Origin: Bdellovibrionota bacterium
Lineage (GTDB): Bacteria; Bdellovibrionota_C; UBA2361; OMII01
DNA: 18,704 nucleotides
Direction of reading: 5' to 3'
Assembly: GCA_044356215.1 (NCBI GenBank)
Contig: JBIKWQ010000066.1
Span: 1-18,704 of the forward strand
Part shown: in pieces, positions 6,870-17,054 of the stretch
How the letters are laid out: each line of letters begins with the position of its first letter
Position numbering within the stretch: the first letter of the stretch is position 1
Made by a program: the position numbers and the translations under genes
The notes under the pieces: model-generated
The model's database searches: none
Told to the model about the DNA's origin: nothing
Seen by the model: only the letters and a program-made list of their open reading frames with translations

Positions 6870-8393
6870 ATGGAACGGGAAGTCATGTTAAAGAGCGCTC
6901 GCGAATACAGAGAAAGCCCTAGGCCAGTTACGATATATTCCACTTTGGGGGGAACTAAGGTCGCGCTCGATCCACTAGATCAGAGCGCTAAATCTCCCAA
7001 AGTTCTGATGTATGTTTGTGGATTAACGCCACAGGATCGAGCTCACCTGGGTCACGGCTTGATGGCGATGCGATTTGATATCGTCCGTCGTTATTTAATG
7101 TATCGCGGTCTCGACGTCTTTTTTCTGCAGAACGTAACCGACATCGACGATAAGATCATCGCCAAGGTCTTAGCTACAGGCGTGGATCCTCTTAAGATGA
7201 CCCGTGAGTACTCTGACGAGTTCTATCAGAATTTAAAGAAGCTTCATGTACTTGAGGTTAATAAGCTAACGCGAGTAACAGAGTTCGTGCCGCAGATAGT
7301 GGCTTTCGTTGAGCGATTAATAGAGAAGGGATTCGCCTACGCAACGCCGGAAGGGAACGTCTATTTCGATGTCGCGAAGAAGGCTGATTACGGCAAATTA
7401 TCGAATCAAAATGTGGCGATGCTTTTAGAGAGTGTGCGCAAGGAGGTCGAGAGAGATAAGCGATCACCGGCTGATTTTGCCCTCTGGAAGCGAGATAACA
7501 GCACATCGCTCTCTTTCGAATCACCGTGGGGTGTGGGCCGCCCAGGGTGGCACATCGAGTGCTCTGTTATGATCTATGAGGCGCTGGGAGAGCTGATTGA
7601 TATCCATGGAGGAGCTGTGGATCTTAAGTTCCCTCACCACGAGAACGAGATCGCTCAATCAGAGGCCCATTCGGGACACGGCTTCGCTTCTATCTGGATG
7701 CACTGCGGTTTGCTTAATATCGATGGCCAAAAGATGTCTAAGTCCCTAAACAATTTTATACCGCTAGGTGAGGCGATCGATCGGTACGGGGTTAATCCTC
7801 TACGCTTCGCCGCAGCGCGGTCGCATTATCGTTCAAGCTTAGATCTCAGCAATAAGCTGATGCGCGATTCGATAAATTCACTCCTTGAGTTCCATAGGCT
7901 TTTTGATCGGGTGAGAACAGATGAGTTAGATCTCAGCGCGAAAGCCGCTAGCGATAGCGATTGCCTCCGTCTGATTGAGGACTTTGAGGCGGCGATGGAC
8001 AGTGATTTTAACTCATCTGAGGCGATTGTAGCTCTGGAGCGAGCTAAAAGCGCGCTGATTCAGGAGGTCGATAAGATCGCCCCTGGCGCTGATATTCCTG
8101 AGGGCATCACGACCAGAGTTTGGGTGTTACGAGAGTTAGGAAATATCTTAGGTGCATTCTTTGATCCACTAGCTGTTGTTGAGACTGAGGGATTGCGGTT
8201 AGCAGCGGCCTCGTATGGCGCCACCGCATTAACGCCAGAAGAGGTCAGAGCTCTTACTCAGCAGCGCGTAGAAGCGCGAGCGGCGAAAGATTTCGCGCGC
8301 TCTGATGAGCTACGAAAGCAGTTAAGCGCTCACGGGGTTGAGGCGTTGGACTCTAGGAGTGGATCGAGTTGGCGCTTTAGGACTGGTGATTAG
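6870..8393 (+). CDS. cysS: Cysteine--tRNA ligase
   Basis: MYVCGLT, HLGH (HIGH), NVTDIDDKII, DFALWK, SPWGVGRPGWHIECS, DLKFPHHENE, KMSKS and C-terminal DFARSDELR. Start may be ATG 6885. Confidence 0.97.
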   Translation: MEREVMLKSAREYRESPRPVTIYSTLGGTKVALDPLDQSAKSPKVLMYVCGLTPQDRAHLGHGLMAMRFDIVRRYLMYRGLDVFFLQNVTDIDDKIIAKVLATGVDPLKMTREYSDEFYQNLKKLHVLEVNKLTRVTEFVPQIVAFVERLIEKGFAYATPEGNVYFDVAKKADYGKLSNQNVAMLLESVRKEVERDKRSPADFALWKRDNSTSLSFESPWGVGRPGWHIECSVMIYEALGELIDIHGGAVDLKFPHHENEIAQSEAHSGHGFASIWMHCGLLNIDGQKMSKSLNNFIPLGEAIDRYGVNPLRFAAARSHYRSSLDLSNKLMRDSINSLLEFHRLFDRVRTDELDLSAKAASDSDCLRLIEDFEAAMDSDFNSSEAIVALERAKSALIQEVDKIAPGADIPEGITTRVWVLRELGNILGAFFDPLAVVETEGLRLAAASYGATALTPEEVRALTQQRVEARAAKDFARSDELRKQLSAHGVEALDSRSGSSWRFRTGD

Positions 8394-8408
8394 CTACAAG
8401 AGTTTAAT

Positions 8409-9599
8409 ATGAGTTTAGAAGCGCATAGACCACCAGATGAGAAACGCTATCGTATCGCGTTGATGGGGACGCGAGGAATCCCCGCGCGATACGGTGGATT
8501 TGAGACCTTCGCCGAGCAGTTGTCGTCACGGCTTGTTGCGCGAGGTCATCAGGTTATCGTTTACGGTAGATGTAAATTTAGTGATAAGTGGGGAGCGCGC
8601 GAGGCGATTAGCGGAGTCGAGCGTCGAGAGACCCCAACTATTTTTCATAAGTATCTTGAGACCCCGCTTCACGCTCTTACCTCAGCGCTCGATTTACTCA
8701 GCCAAAAAGTCGACGCGGTTCTCTTATGCAACGGGGCTAATTCGCCGCTAGCACCGATAATACTCTGCAAGCGGGTGCCTCTGGTTATTAATGTCGATGG
8801 TATAGAGCGTAATAGAGCTAAGTGGAACTGGGCGGGTAAAGCTTGGTATCTACTTGGCGAGCACTGCTCAGTTTGGTTCGCTACGAGGGTGGTTTCTGAC
8901 GCCAAGGTTATTGCTGAATATTATAAGGGAGCCTACGGGATCGATTCGACGGTGATCCCTTACGGGGTGCATCCGGTAAAGAGGCCAGCGGGACCTACCC
9001 TAAGTCAGTTTGGTCTAACAAGTGGTCGGTATATCCTCTATGTAAGCCGCTTAGAGCCCGAGAATAACGCTCTAGGAGCTATTCAAGCCTACAAGATGGT
9101 GAAGACGGAGATGCCACTGGTGATAGTTGGAGACGCTCCTTATGCCGATGATTACAAGCGACAGCTTAAAGAGACCGCGGCTGGCTCGAACGTCATATTC
9201 ACTGGATATCAGTTTGGAGAGGCCTACCAGGAATTTCAGAGCAACTGCTACCTTTATATTCAAGCTACCGAAGTTGGTGGAACTCACCCAGCCCTGATTG
9301 AGTCGATGTCTTATGGGAACGGTGTGATCGCTAATGGAACACCTGAAAACATCGAAGTTGTGGGTGATGCTGGGGTGATATTTGAGAAGAATAATTTTGA
9401 GGATCTAGCGCGGATCTTATCGGAGCTTTTAAGCAGCCCTGATAAGATATCTGAGCTGGGCGAGAGGGCCAAGGATCGCGTGGCTCGAAACTACTCTTGG
9501 GATAGCGTAGTGGCGCGATACGAGGAGTTAATCGGCGCGTTAGTGTCAGGTAAGAGCGACCTGACTAGTGTGGCTTCAGAGGCTAGTCATGCGGCGTGA
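8409..9599 (+). CDS. Glycosyltransferase family 4 (DUF1972-type N-terminus)
   Basis: GTRGIPARYGGFETFAEQL, NVDGIE, RLEPENN, EVGGTHPALIESM. Confidence 0.92.
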   Translation: MSLEAHRPPDEKRYRIALMGTRGIPARYGGFETFAEQLSSRLVARGHQVIVYGRCKFSDKWGAREAISGVERRETPTIFHKYLETPLHALTSALDLLSQKVDAVLLCNGANSPLAPIILCKRVPLVINVDGIERNRAKWNWAGKAWYLLGEHCSVWFATRVVSDAKVIAEYYKGAYGIDSTVIPYGVHPVKRPAGPTLSQFGLTSGRYILYVSRLEPENNALGAIQAYKMVKTEMPLVIVGDAPYADDYKRQLKETAAGSNVIFTGYQFGEAYQEFQSNCYLYIQATEVGGTHPALIESMSYGNGVIANGTPENIEVVGDAGVIFEKNNFEDLARILSELLSSPDKISELGERAKDRVARNYSWDSVVARYEELIGALVSGKSDLTSVASEASHAA

Positions 9600-10005
9600 T
9601 GAGATAGATAAACCGATCGTGATATTTGATGGAGTCTGCGGCTTCTGTGATCGGTTCGTCGCGTTGGCCCTTAAAAATGACACTGGTGGCACGCTTTTAT
9701 TTACCCCGAACAGATCGAATTTCGGGGCGTCTCTCTGTCAACGTTTAAATCTTACTGAAGAGAGTGAGCGAACTATTATAGTGGTGATTGGAGAGAGGGT
9801 TTTGCGAAGAAGCGACGCGATATTCTTTATCTCTGAGCGGCTTGGGCAGCCCTTTAGCTATCTGGCTTTTTTCAAGATTATACCCCGTTTTCTTCGCGAT
9901 TCTGTGTATCGGATAGTAGCTGCCGTAAGAAGGCTAGTTCCCTTTAGTCACTCTAAGTGTGAGCTCCTTCCTCCTGAGCTAAAAAAGCGGGTCATTGAGG
10001 ATTAG
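9589..10005 (+). CDS. DCC1/YuxK (DUF393) thiol-disulfide oxidoreductase family protein
   Basis: IVIFDGVCGFC (DxxCxxC), RSDA, IPRFLRDSVYRIVA, C-terminal Cys. ATG 9589 overlaps the GT4 3' end. Confidence 0.9.
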   Translation: MRRDEIDKPIVIFDGVCGFCDRFVALALKNDTGGTLLFTPNRSNFGASLCQRLNLTEESERTIIVVIGERVLRRSDAIFFISERLGQPFSYLAFFKIIPRFLRDSVYRIVAAVRRLVPFSHSKCELLPPELKKRVIED

Positions 10006-11923
10006 TAGTGTAGATCTCAACCCCACAGTTTAATTTACTGTGAAACCTCCATCCGGTCGCCTCAAGCCAGCTCTTCATCTGTTCGAGAGGAACTCGTTCG
10101 TTTTGGCACGGATAACCGAGACCAGATGGATAATTTACGCCAGGAACGAGGGGGAGCTCTGGATACATACCGAACCACGGTGATTTTTCACGTAGCTCAG
10201 AGAGGTACTTAGGCCAATCTCTATCAGCCGGACAGTAAGCGTATTCGAAGCGCGCTAGCCCGAGTCGACCAGCGATGTTTGAGTCGATCGATAGGGGACG
10301 GGTCAAAAGATTAAGCGTCTGTCCCTGTAGTAGCTCGGGAAGCTCCTTACACTCAGTGTAGCTAGAGATGCGATTTAGTGAGTAATTAGGGAGCCATTCG
10401 GTAATCCCCAATCTCCACAGCGTTCCGCAATACGCTCCGATAACACAGAGGGTAACGATGATCGGATACTTCTCAGCGCGCGCTCCCCACAGAAGCGCGA
10501 AGGCGGCGAGAGGAACGACCACGAAGCGTCCTGTTGTGTTTAGAGATAACGGGGCTAACTGTGCTACGCACAGCGCTATAAAGCCAATGAGAGCCAGCCA
10601 GCGGTAGCCTCTTTTAACTCCAAAGATAAGGAACGGAAGAACGGCTATCGATAGAAATCCCGCGCGTAGCTGGTTTCCGGTGAATATAGGAACGTAGCTG
10701 TTTCCGGTATGGAGATCGAAGAGTCCATACAGTTTGCCGAATCCCAATTTGAAATACCACTCCTCACGCAGCGGCTCAGATCTGATTGCGCTTACCGGCT
10801 CTGAGAGCCAATGAATAAACTGATAAGCCAACGATCTGATAATCTCGCGCGAGCCACCACCGAGGTTAGAGTTGGCCTTACCGGCGGAGCCTCCCATCAG
10901 ATCTCCAAAAAGTGTGTAGATCGGATAGTACGACAGGAACATGAAGAAACCGGCGGCCAGGCATCCAGCTATTCCAGAACCGATAACGCGCCAATTCCAG
11001 ATCTCTCTCCACGAGTAGATCGTTAAGACTAAGCCGATTAACGCGCCGGAGAAGAGAGCGTACTGCTTGCACGCCATACCAACCCCAAGCAGGCACGGGA
11101 ATATAAAAGCGCGAGCCCTCATGCTATCAAGAGATAGAAATAGGGCGGTCGCAGCGATCACAGGAAAGGTCGCGGCGATGTCCGAATTGACCCCTGAGAC
11201 CCTTAAGCAAAGGGTTGGAAACGAGAGGAACGCCAGTAGGGAGATTAGTGCCGCGCGATGACTAAGACCGAGAGAGCGTCCGATCACGAAGACCCCGAGG
11301 GCCGCCCCGAGAGAATAAAAAGTTCCAGCCCACGAAAACGTGACGAATCCGCAACCAAGGAACACAGGTGGAAGTAGGGAAGCGCTACCACCCAGAGCCG
11401 CTCCGAGCTGCTGCCATATTGATGTTCCCCAACCATCAAAATTTCCGTGCCAACTCCACATTAAGGCGCGCGGTATGTGGTAGTTATTGGCATCAAACTC
11501 AGCGGGGCCGGAACGCCACGCGTCAAAGAGTTGATTGAGCCAGAGATTTAGCCCTAGCGCTACGCAAGCCAACAAGAAAGGGTCAACCCATTTCGGTCTG
11601 TATCTAAGGGATGAAACCGCCACAAAGAGAGCGCGAGCGCCGAAGATAGCGCGAGCGGCCAGGATCGCGCCGATAGCGAGGTATACCACCCTAAAAACCG
11701 GAACCTCGAGGTGTCTAAGGTTTCCAAGCAGGAGAGGAGTGGTGAGATTAATCACCTGGTAGAGGGTAAGTCCTGCGAGTCCAGCCCAGATAAAGCCGTA
11801 GCGTTTAATTGAGCGCGAAAAATTTAAAACGCACAGGATCGGAAGCGCCAACTGAAATAAAGTGAGCCAATAACACGTCTCGGACATGAGGGTATGGTAG
11901 GGGGATTGGACTTGGGTTCGCAA
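9992..11923 (-). CDS. Polytopic membrane protein, probable GT-C (ArnT/PMT-like) glycosyltransferase
   Basis: About 12 or more hydrophobic segments, D-x3-YHIPR loop, NSDI and GMACK motifs, soluble C-terminal domain. Start may be ATG 11887. Confidence 0.65.
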   Translation of the reverse strand: MRTQVQSPYHTLMSETCYWLTLFQLALPILCVLNFSRSIKRYGFIWAGLAGLTLYQVINLTTPLLLGNLRHLEVPVFRVVYLAIGAILAARAIFGARALFVAVSSLRYRPKWVDPFLLACVALGLNLWLNQLFDAWRSGPAEFDANNYHIPRALMWSWHGNFDGWGTSIWQQLGAALGGSASLLPPVFLGCGFVTFSWAGTFYSLGAALGVFVIGRSLGLSHRAALISLLAFLSFPTLCLRVSGVNSDIAATFPVIAATALFLSLDSMRARAFIFPCLLGVGMACKQYALFSGALIGLVLTIYSWREIWNWRVIGSGIAGCLAAGFFMFLSYYPIYTLFGDLMGGSAGKANSNLGGGSREIIRSLAYQFIHWLSEPVSAIRSEPLREEWYFKLGFGKLYGLFDLHTGNSYVPIFTGNQLRAGFLSIAVLPFLIFGVKRGYRWLALIGFIALCVAQLAPLSLNTTGRFVVVPLAAFALLWGARAEKYPIIVTLCVIGAYCGTLWRLGITEWLPNYSLNRISSYTECKELPELLQGQTLNLLTRPLSIDSNIAGRLGLARFEYAYCPADRDWPKYLSELREKSPWFGMYPELPLVPGVNYPSGLGYPCQNERVPLEQMKSWLEATGWRFHSKLNCGVEIYTTNPQ

Positions 11924-12017
11924 GGGATTAACGTGCGGGTATATCTCGCATGATAGTAGGAGCCTTAGACAACAAGGTAAGAGGGTCGGAGTCTTAGATC
12001 GCGGGTGGGTACTAGAA

Positions 12018-13656
12018 CTAAAACTTCAGCCCAAAGTCTCTTGAAAAAGGCGGTATCATTTTAGGTCGGCTACCTACTTCATACTCCTCATAGCTCGCGA
12101 TATCGTAGAATCGCTTTTTCAACATAGAAAGTTCGTGCACCCCAGTTAGACAGATTTTATTTGTAATAGTTGGAAAATTAGGCCTTACATGGTCAGAAAG
12201 CTTTAAAGCTGAGGCGATAAAATTCACGACCATACCAACGTAGAGACTATCGCTCCTATAGTCAAAGACGTGACATTCTCCAGCTCCTTTTTCATAGGGG
12301 CCGGGCACATATACTATGTATGGCGGAATCTCTGCCGCATCTGGTTCGCGCGGATTAGTCACTTTAGGAACCCCGAAGCACACTAACAGACGCGCGAAGT
12401 CGTTGTTCACCGCGTCAAATCCGAAGAAAGTAGAATTTAGCTCCTTTCCAAAGATCACATTGTGGCACGTCTTTCCCGCGAAAAATGTTAACGCGCCCGC
12501 GGTGTCATCAAACAATTGATATTGCGGATGATCTCTAAGCGCCCGCGCATACCTTACGCGCTGTCCTTTAACATCTAGTCTTAGCTTTTCGCTCTTAGTC
12601 AGCTGTTCAAATAAGAGAGCAGAAAAGAAAGCATGTATGCCACAGTCGTTGGCAATCCCAACGCCAAGGTCAAACCCCTTTTGGTCTTCAACACTTTTAT
12701 TCCGCTGCAGAAGTCCATACTGCCCAGGCAGGCCGTTTCTATCCGAGTCCACCGCCCATGACTCTACGCAGTACGAATTTACTAAGAGGGCATCACCGAA
12801 CCGTCTTAGAAGGTCCTGACCGACCTTCGACATAAGCCATTGAAAGGGCGCCGTTCCCATGACCCAGTCAATGTGATTTATGCGATCGGGATTATTGGCA
12901 GCTAAATTAGCCATCGTATCGATTTCATCGGGTAAGCATGCTGGCTTCTCATTGTAGATGGGCGCTCCCGTATTACCAACGTAATACTCGCAGGTAGGAA
13001 GGTGAAGCGCTGGTGGAGTGGCGTTAAAAACACCCTTGATTGAGGATAATCGGTCCATGCCTAGCGTGCCGCTGGCGCAGTACTCATAATCGACCCGCAT
13101 ATTCCTTAAAACGCTCTCGATGCCGGCGCCGTTCTTCGTTCCCGCAAGCTCATAAATGGAGGCTGCATCGGTAAGAATTAGCTTTAATTTCTGGCGTAAG
13201 TCCGGAACTTGATTAATTACCTGCTCTAACGCAGGGAGTAAGAACGTTTCGGTGAGGTGCCCGCACCCACATATGTTTAAAACTAGCTCTGAGTTGTTAA
13301 GGAAGGCCGGCAAAACCTACCCGTAGCGAGAAAGTGGAGGTTGAGTTGATATTCGATTTTCGAGATGGGAAAAAACCGCAAGTGTATCCACTGTGATACA
13401 TTGAGGATTTTTTTCCATCTCGAAAACTCGAAGAGCAGCTCAAGATCCGCTTTCGCAGTAGGGAGGGGTTTTGCCGGCCTTCCTTAAGCGACTTCTCCTC
13501 CTCATTAATCGCTGTCAACTGCTCACTATAAATGTGTTTAAAAGGTGAGATCGGATCGCTAGTATAAATCAGCGCATCGGTGTTAACCTTCAACTGAACC
13601 TGATTTTCGGGCCGATAAATCGGCAGTATTGAACCAGCATTAAAAGTTCTTAACAT
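12018..13656 (-). pseudogene. Gfo/Idh/MocA-like oxidoreductase interrupted by a MITE
   Basis: ICGCGHL Rossmann-like, NATPPALH and NEKP motifs. Removing 13301-13483 plus one TTAA fuses the two ORFs in frame (..EEKSL-NNSELV..), giving 483 aa from ATG 13656 (preceded by GAGGA). Confidence 0.75.
13301..13483. mobile_element. 183-bp IS5-like MITE with TTAA target duplication
   Basis: 17-bp perfect TIR GGAAGGCCGGCAAAACC; TTAA at 13297-13300 and 13484-13487; long imperfect internal hairpin 13352-13432; no transposase. Confidence 0.92.
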
Positions 13657-13762
13657 ATGATTCCTCAACCCTTCTTCTCTAGTACAGGCACTTGAAGGTC
13701 TTTTGTAACCTTAAGGGTAAGAAGAACGGCCGAAGCAGACGATTTTCTACGATTGCTCGAAG

Positions 13763-14752
13763 TTAATCCCTCCCTCGCCGCGCCACAACCAGCGCGCTGT
13801 GCGGCGCCGGGTACCCCTCTACGGTGAGGCTTGGGTCATTGGGATCTAGAAAATCCGCTAAGCTCTCATACGGCGCCCAATCAGTGCGGCGTTGCTCAGC
13901 AGTTGTGACCGGCCCAAAATGATGAATCTCTGGGTCGCGAAATCCTGCTCGAGTTAACAGTGTCGAGAGGGCCTCTGCCGATGGAATAATCCAAGCGTTA
14001 CGCATCTTGGCGTAGCGCTCTTGAGGAACAAGCATATGGGACCCGGGCCCCGGGATAACTAAGCTCTCTAAGATGACACGCCCGCCAGGTTTAGTCGCGG
14101 CGAAAAGCTTCTTACACGCGGTGAATGGATCCCGCTGATGATAAATCACCCCCATACAGAGCACCAAATCAAAGAACCCAGGAAATGAATCGACCGTTGA
14201 GAGGCCAGTTGGGACAAATGCTAAATTAGGAAGTTTAGCTAATCCTTGCAGTAACCCAAACTGCAACCAGCACCGCTCAATCGGATCAAACCCGATCGCG
14301 ATCTCCGGATTAAGGCCAGCTATCTTGAAAAGAAAGTAGCCGCTGTTAGATCCCACATCAGCTACTTTGAGTCCTTTAAGGTCACCGAGAATACCTTGAA
14401 TTCGCCCCCATTTAAGTGGGGATCTCCACTCTGAATCAATTGTCGTGTCTCCAATTCGATAAGGACCTATGCGCCAAGGTAGTAGCTGCTTTAAAAGGTC
14501 CTCAAAGCCCTTAGGAGCTGCTGATTTAGGTAGATCGAACTCAATAGTGTCGCCCGAGAGAGAGACGGCGCGTGCTGCAGGTAATAATTTAACCGCCTGC
14601 CCCACCTGATGGGAAAGAGGTGCCCAGTGCGGTGATTTGCGCATCGTTAGCCAGGCTGAGCGGATGTCGCTAGCTAGCGGCTTAAGTATAATCGCTCCCC
14701 TGTAGGGTTTTAGGTTGGTGAGTGTATGAAGCATAGATCTTACAGAGTACAC
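13763..14752 (-). CDS. cmoB: tRNA U34 carboxymethyltransferase CmoB
   Basis: PWRIGPY, IDSEWRS, DVGSNSGY, MGVIYH, RYAKMRN, EQRRTDW, ESLADFLDPND, TVEGYPAP. Start GTG 14752 or ATG 14734. Confidence 0.93.
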   Translation of the reverse strand: MYSVRSMLHTLTNLKPYRGAIILKPLASDIRSAWLTMRKSPHWAPLSHQVGQAVKLLPAARAVSLSGDTIEFDLPKSAAPKGFEDLLKQLLPWRIGPYRIGDTTIDSEWRSPLKWGRIQGILGDLKGLKVADVGSNSGYFLFKIAGLNPEIAIGFDPIERCWLQFGLLQGLAKLPNLAFVPTGLSTVDSFPGFFDLVLCMGVIYHQRDPFTACKKLFAATKPGGRVILESLVIPGPGSHMLVPQERYAKMRNAWIIPSAEALSTLLTRAGFRDPEIHHFGPVTTAEQRRTDWAPYESLADFLDPNDPSLTVEGYPAPHSALVVARRGRD

Positions 14753-14839
14753 CTGGTCTTACCGCGCGTAAATAAAAGACATAACTACCTATCCGTCCTG
14801 GCTTTCCCGGTATCGCTCGACCGTATACAATAGCGTGAT

Positions 14840-15229
14840 ATGGCAGCAGCTACGCAAACCACACAGAGTATCGTTGTTTCCGTTAATCCAACACCGATCG
14901 ATGAACAGACTCGACCAGAAGAGGGGGTCTTCGCTTTCGCTTATACCGTACGGATCGAAAATAGGTCAGATCAAACAGTTCAGCTAATCGAGCGACACTG
15001 GCTAATTGAATCAGCCGGTGAGCAGATCGGCGAGGTTGTTGGCCCAGGAGTTGTTGGGTTGCAGCCGATACTAGAGCCAGGTCAGCACTTTGAGTACACC
15101 AGCTCAACGGTTATTAAAGACCCAGTAGGCTCAATGCGTGGTTCATATATTTTTAATCGCAAGGGTGGAGGATTTTTCACCGCAAAGATACCAAGATTCT
15201 CCCTAATTTCTCAGCAATTCTGTAACTAG
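14840..15229 (+). CDS. apaG: ApaG protein
   Basis: FAYTVRIEN, VQLIERHWLI, GPGVVGLQP, FEYTS, GSMRGSY, IPRFSL. Confidence 0.95.
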   Translation: MAAATQTTQSIVVSVNPTPIDEQTRPEEGVFAFAYTVRIENRSDQTVQLIERHWLIESAGEQIGEVVGPGVVGLQPILEPGQHFEYTSSTVIKDPVGSMRGSYIFNRKGGGFFTAKIPRFSLISQQFCN

Positions 15230-15265
15230 CATTAGACATATAATTTTTACAAACGGAGCCAAAAG

Positions 15266-16753
15266 ATGCCAAAAGATTTCTTCTCGGTCGCTAACACAAC
15301 AAGTCTGCAATCTCTAAGGCCTGGAGCTAAGATCCATGTTATCGGAGTCTGCGGTGTCGCGATGGCACAGATAGCTACTTCGCTCTGCGATCGTGGTTTT
15401 ATTGTGTCAGGAAGTGACAAAGAGTTCTATGAGCCGATGAAGAGTCTGCTTGCTAATTCAGCGGTGAAGACAGAGTCGGGATATAAGCGCGAGAATGTGC
15501 CGACAGATGTTGATCTTGTTGTAATCGGAAATTCGATTAGCTACGGAAATCCCGAGGTGGATGTAGTAGAGGAGTTAAATCTCCCATACACCTGTTTCCC
15601 GAAGATATTACAAGAGGTAGCGATCGCTGGGAAACACTCTATCGTGGTTACGGGAACGCACGGGAAATCCACAACTACCGCGCTAATCGCGACGCTCTTG
15701 GCTCAAGATGGCCGCGAACCATCTTACTTTGTTGGTGGAGTCGCTCAAGGGTTGCCGCAGAGTCTTAAGGTTGGCAGCGGTGGTTACTCAGTTGTTGAGG
15801 GAGATGAGTACGACAGCGCGTTTTTCGCGAAGGTTCCTAAGTTCTCTTTCTACACACCGGATACAGTTATAGTAAACGCGATCGAGTACGATCACGCTGA
15901 TATCTACTCAAGTGTCGAGGCGATAGAAAACGAGTTTTCTAAGTTTATTTTGGGGCTAAAAGAGACCAGCACAGCGGTGTGCTGTATCGATTTCCCCAGA
16001 GTTAAGAAGTTAGTGTCTGAATGGAAGAAGAGCGCTAAGTGCGAGATCCTTACCTTTGGCGCTGACCCAGACGCGGATTTTGTAATCGTTAATCGTGAAG
16101 CTCAAGGGATGTCGCAGCGTGTCACAGTAACAGGCCCAGGGTTAGGTGGTTGCACCTTTGAGATCCCGATGGTTGGGGAGTACAACGCGCGTAACGCGTT
16201 AGCTGGAGTAATCGTATCGCAGATTATCGGGATGGAGCTCGGCAAAGTAACTGAGTACTTGGCTACCTTTAGAGCTGTAAAGAGACGACAAGAGATTCGG
16301 GCTAAGAAAGGTGGAGTAGTTTTGATTGAGGACTTCGCGCATCATCCCACCGCCGTGGCCCAGACAGTTGACGCGATACGCGAGGCGTTTCCTTCCGCTA
16401 GATTGTTCGCGATCTTTGAACCTAGATCGAACACCTCGCGTAGAAAAGTTTTTCAGCAGGAGTACATCCAAGCGTTTAAGCGCGCCGACCAAGTGGTGTT
16501 AAAGAACGTCCAGGCGCGCGCGATCGATACAGGAGTTGAGTTAATCGATGTAAAGACACTGAGTAATGAGATCGCAGCGTCAGGAGTTCCGTCGCTCTGT
16601 TTTGAAAACGTAGATCAGATTCGCGAATATATTTGGAGTGAGATCCCCCGCGACCGTCCGGATTCAGCCCCGGTGCAGGATGTAGTTTTCGTGATGTCCA
16701 ACGGCTCGTTTGATGGGCTAAATGAGAGCTTGAGTCGGGATTTGGTGGGGTAG
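15266..16753 (+). CDS. mpl: Murein peptide ligase Mpl (MurC-like)
   Basis: GVCGVAM, GTHGKSTTT, EGDEYDSAFF, DHADIY, DFAHHPTA, FEPRSNT and MSNGSF; these motifs favour Mpl over MurC. Confidence 0.9.
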   Translation: MPKDFFSVANTTSLQSLRPGAKIHVIGVCGVAMAQIATSLCDRGFIVSGSDKEFYEPMKSLLANSAVKTESGYKRENVPTDVDLVVIGNSISYGNPEVDVVEELNLPYTCFPKILQEVAIAGKHSIVVTGTHGKSTTTALIATLLAQDGREPSYFVGGVAQGLPQSLKVGSGGYSVVEGDEYDSAFFAKVPKFSFYTPDTVIVNAIEYDHADIYSSVEAIENEFSKFILGLKETSTAVCCIDFPRVKKLVSEWKKSAKCEILTFGADPDADFVIVNREAQGMSQRVTVTGPGLGGCTFEIPMVGEYNARNALAGVIVSQIIGMELGKVTEYLATFRAVKRRQEIRAKKGGVVLIEDFAHHPTAVAQTVDAIREAFPSARLFAIFEPRSNTSRRKVFQQEYIQAFKRADQVVLKNVQARAIDTGVELIDVKTLSNEIAASGVPSLCFENVDQIREYIWSEIPRDRPDSAPVQDVVFVMSNGSFDGLNESLSRDLVG

Positions 16754-17026
16754 GGGGCGTAACAAAGAGCTAGGAAGTCGATTAATCCTAATGTTTTGCG
16801 TCATATCTGTTACTTATGCTAATTTTAAGTAACAAATTCCGCGTTTGGCTTTACTAAGAGAGGTGCTAAGTAAGCCCACCTGAGATTCATAAACTTATCG
16901 TGGAAGATCGCGCTCGCATTCAAAGAAATAATCATGAGCACCGCCGTATTTGCTCGTGTAGGGGGTTAATAAAGCATAAGTTACGGCACGTTTACGCACC
17001 CGAACAGAAACATTTGACCCATTCCC

Positions 17027-17054
17027 TAAAGCTCCCCCTCCTTTAAGCCGAATC
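17027..17054 (+). promoter_or_regulatory. Possible sigma28 (FliA/SigD) promoter
   Basis: TAAA(17027-17030)-N16-GCCGAATC(17047-17054), about 120 nt upstream of the flagellin start; resembles TAAA-N15/16-GCCGATAA. Confidence 0.5.

Noticed and set aside
6728..6943. 71-aa minus-strand ORF
   Set aside because: It overlaps the cysS start region and has no recognisable features.
13297..13668. Independent 123-aa gene
   Set aside because: It is the N-terminal fragment of the interrupted gene reading into MITE sequence.
13711..13736. Sigma28-like TAAG...GCCGAAG on the plus strand
   Set aside because: Spacing is short and it points antisense into cmoB.
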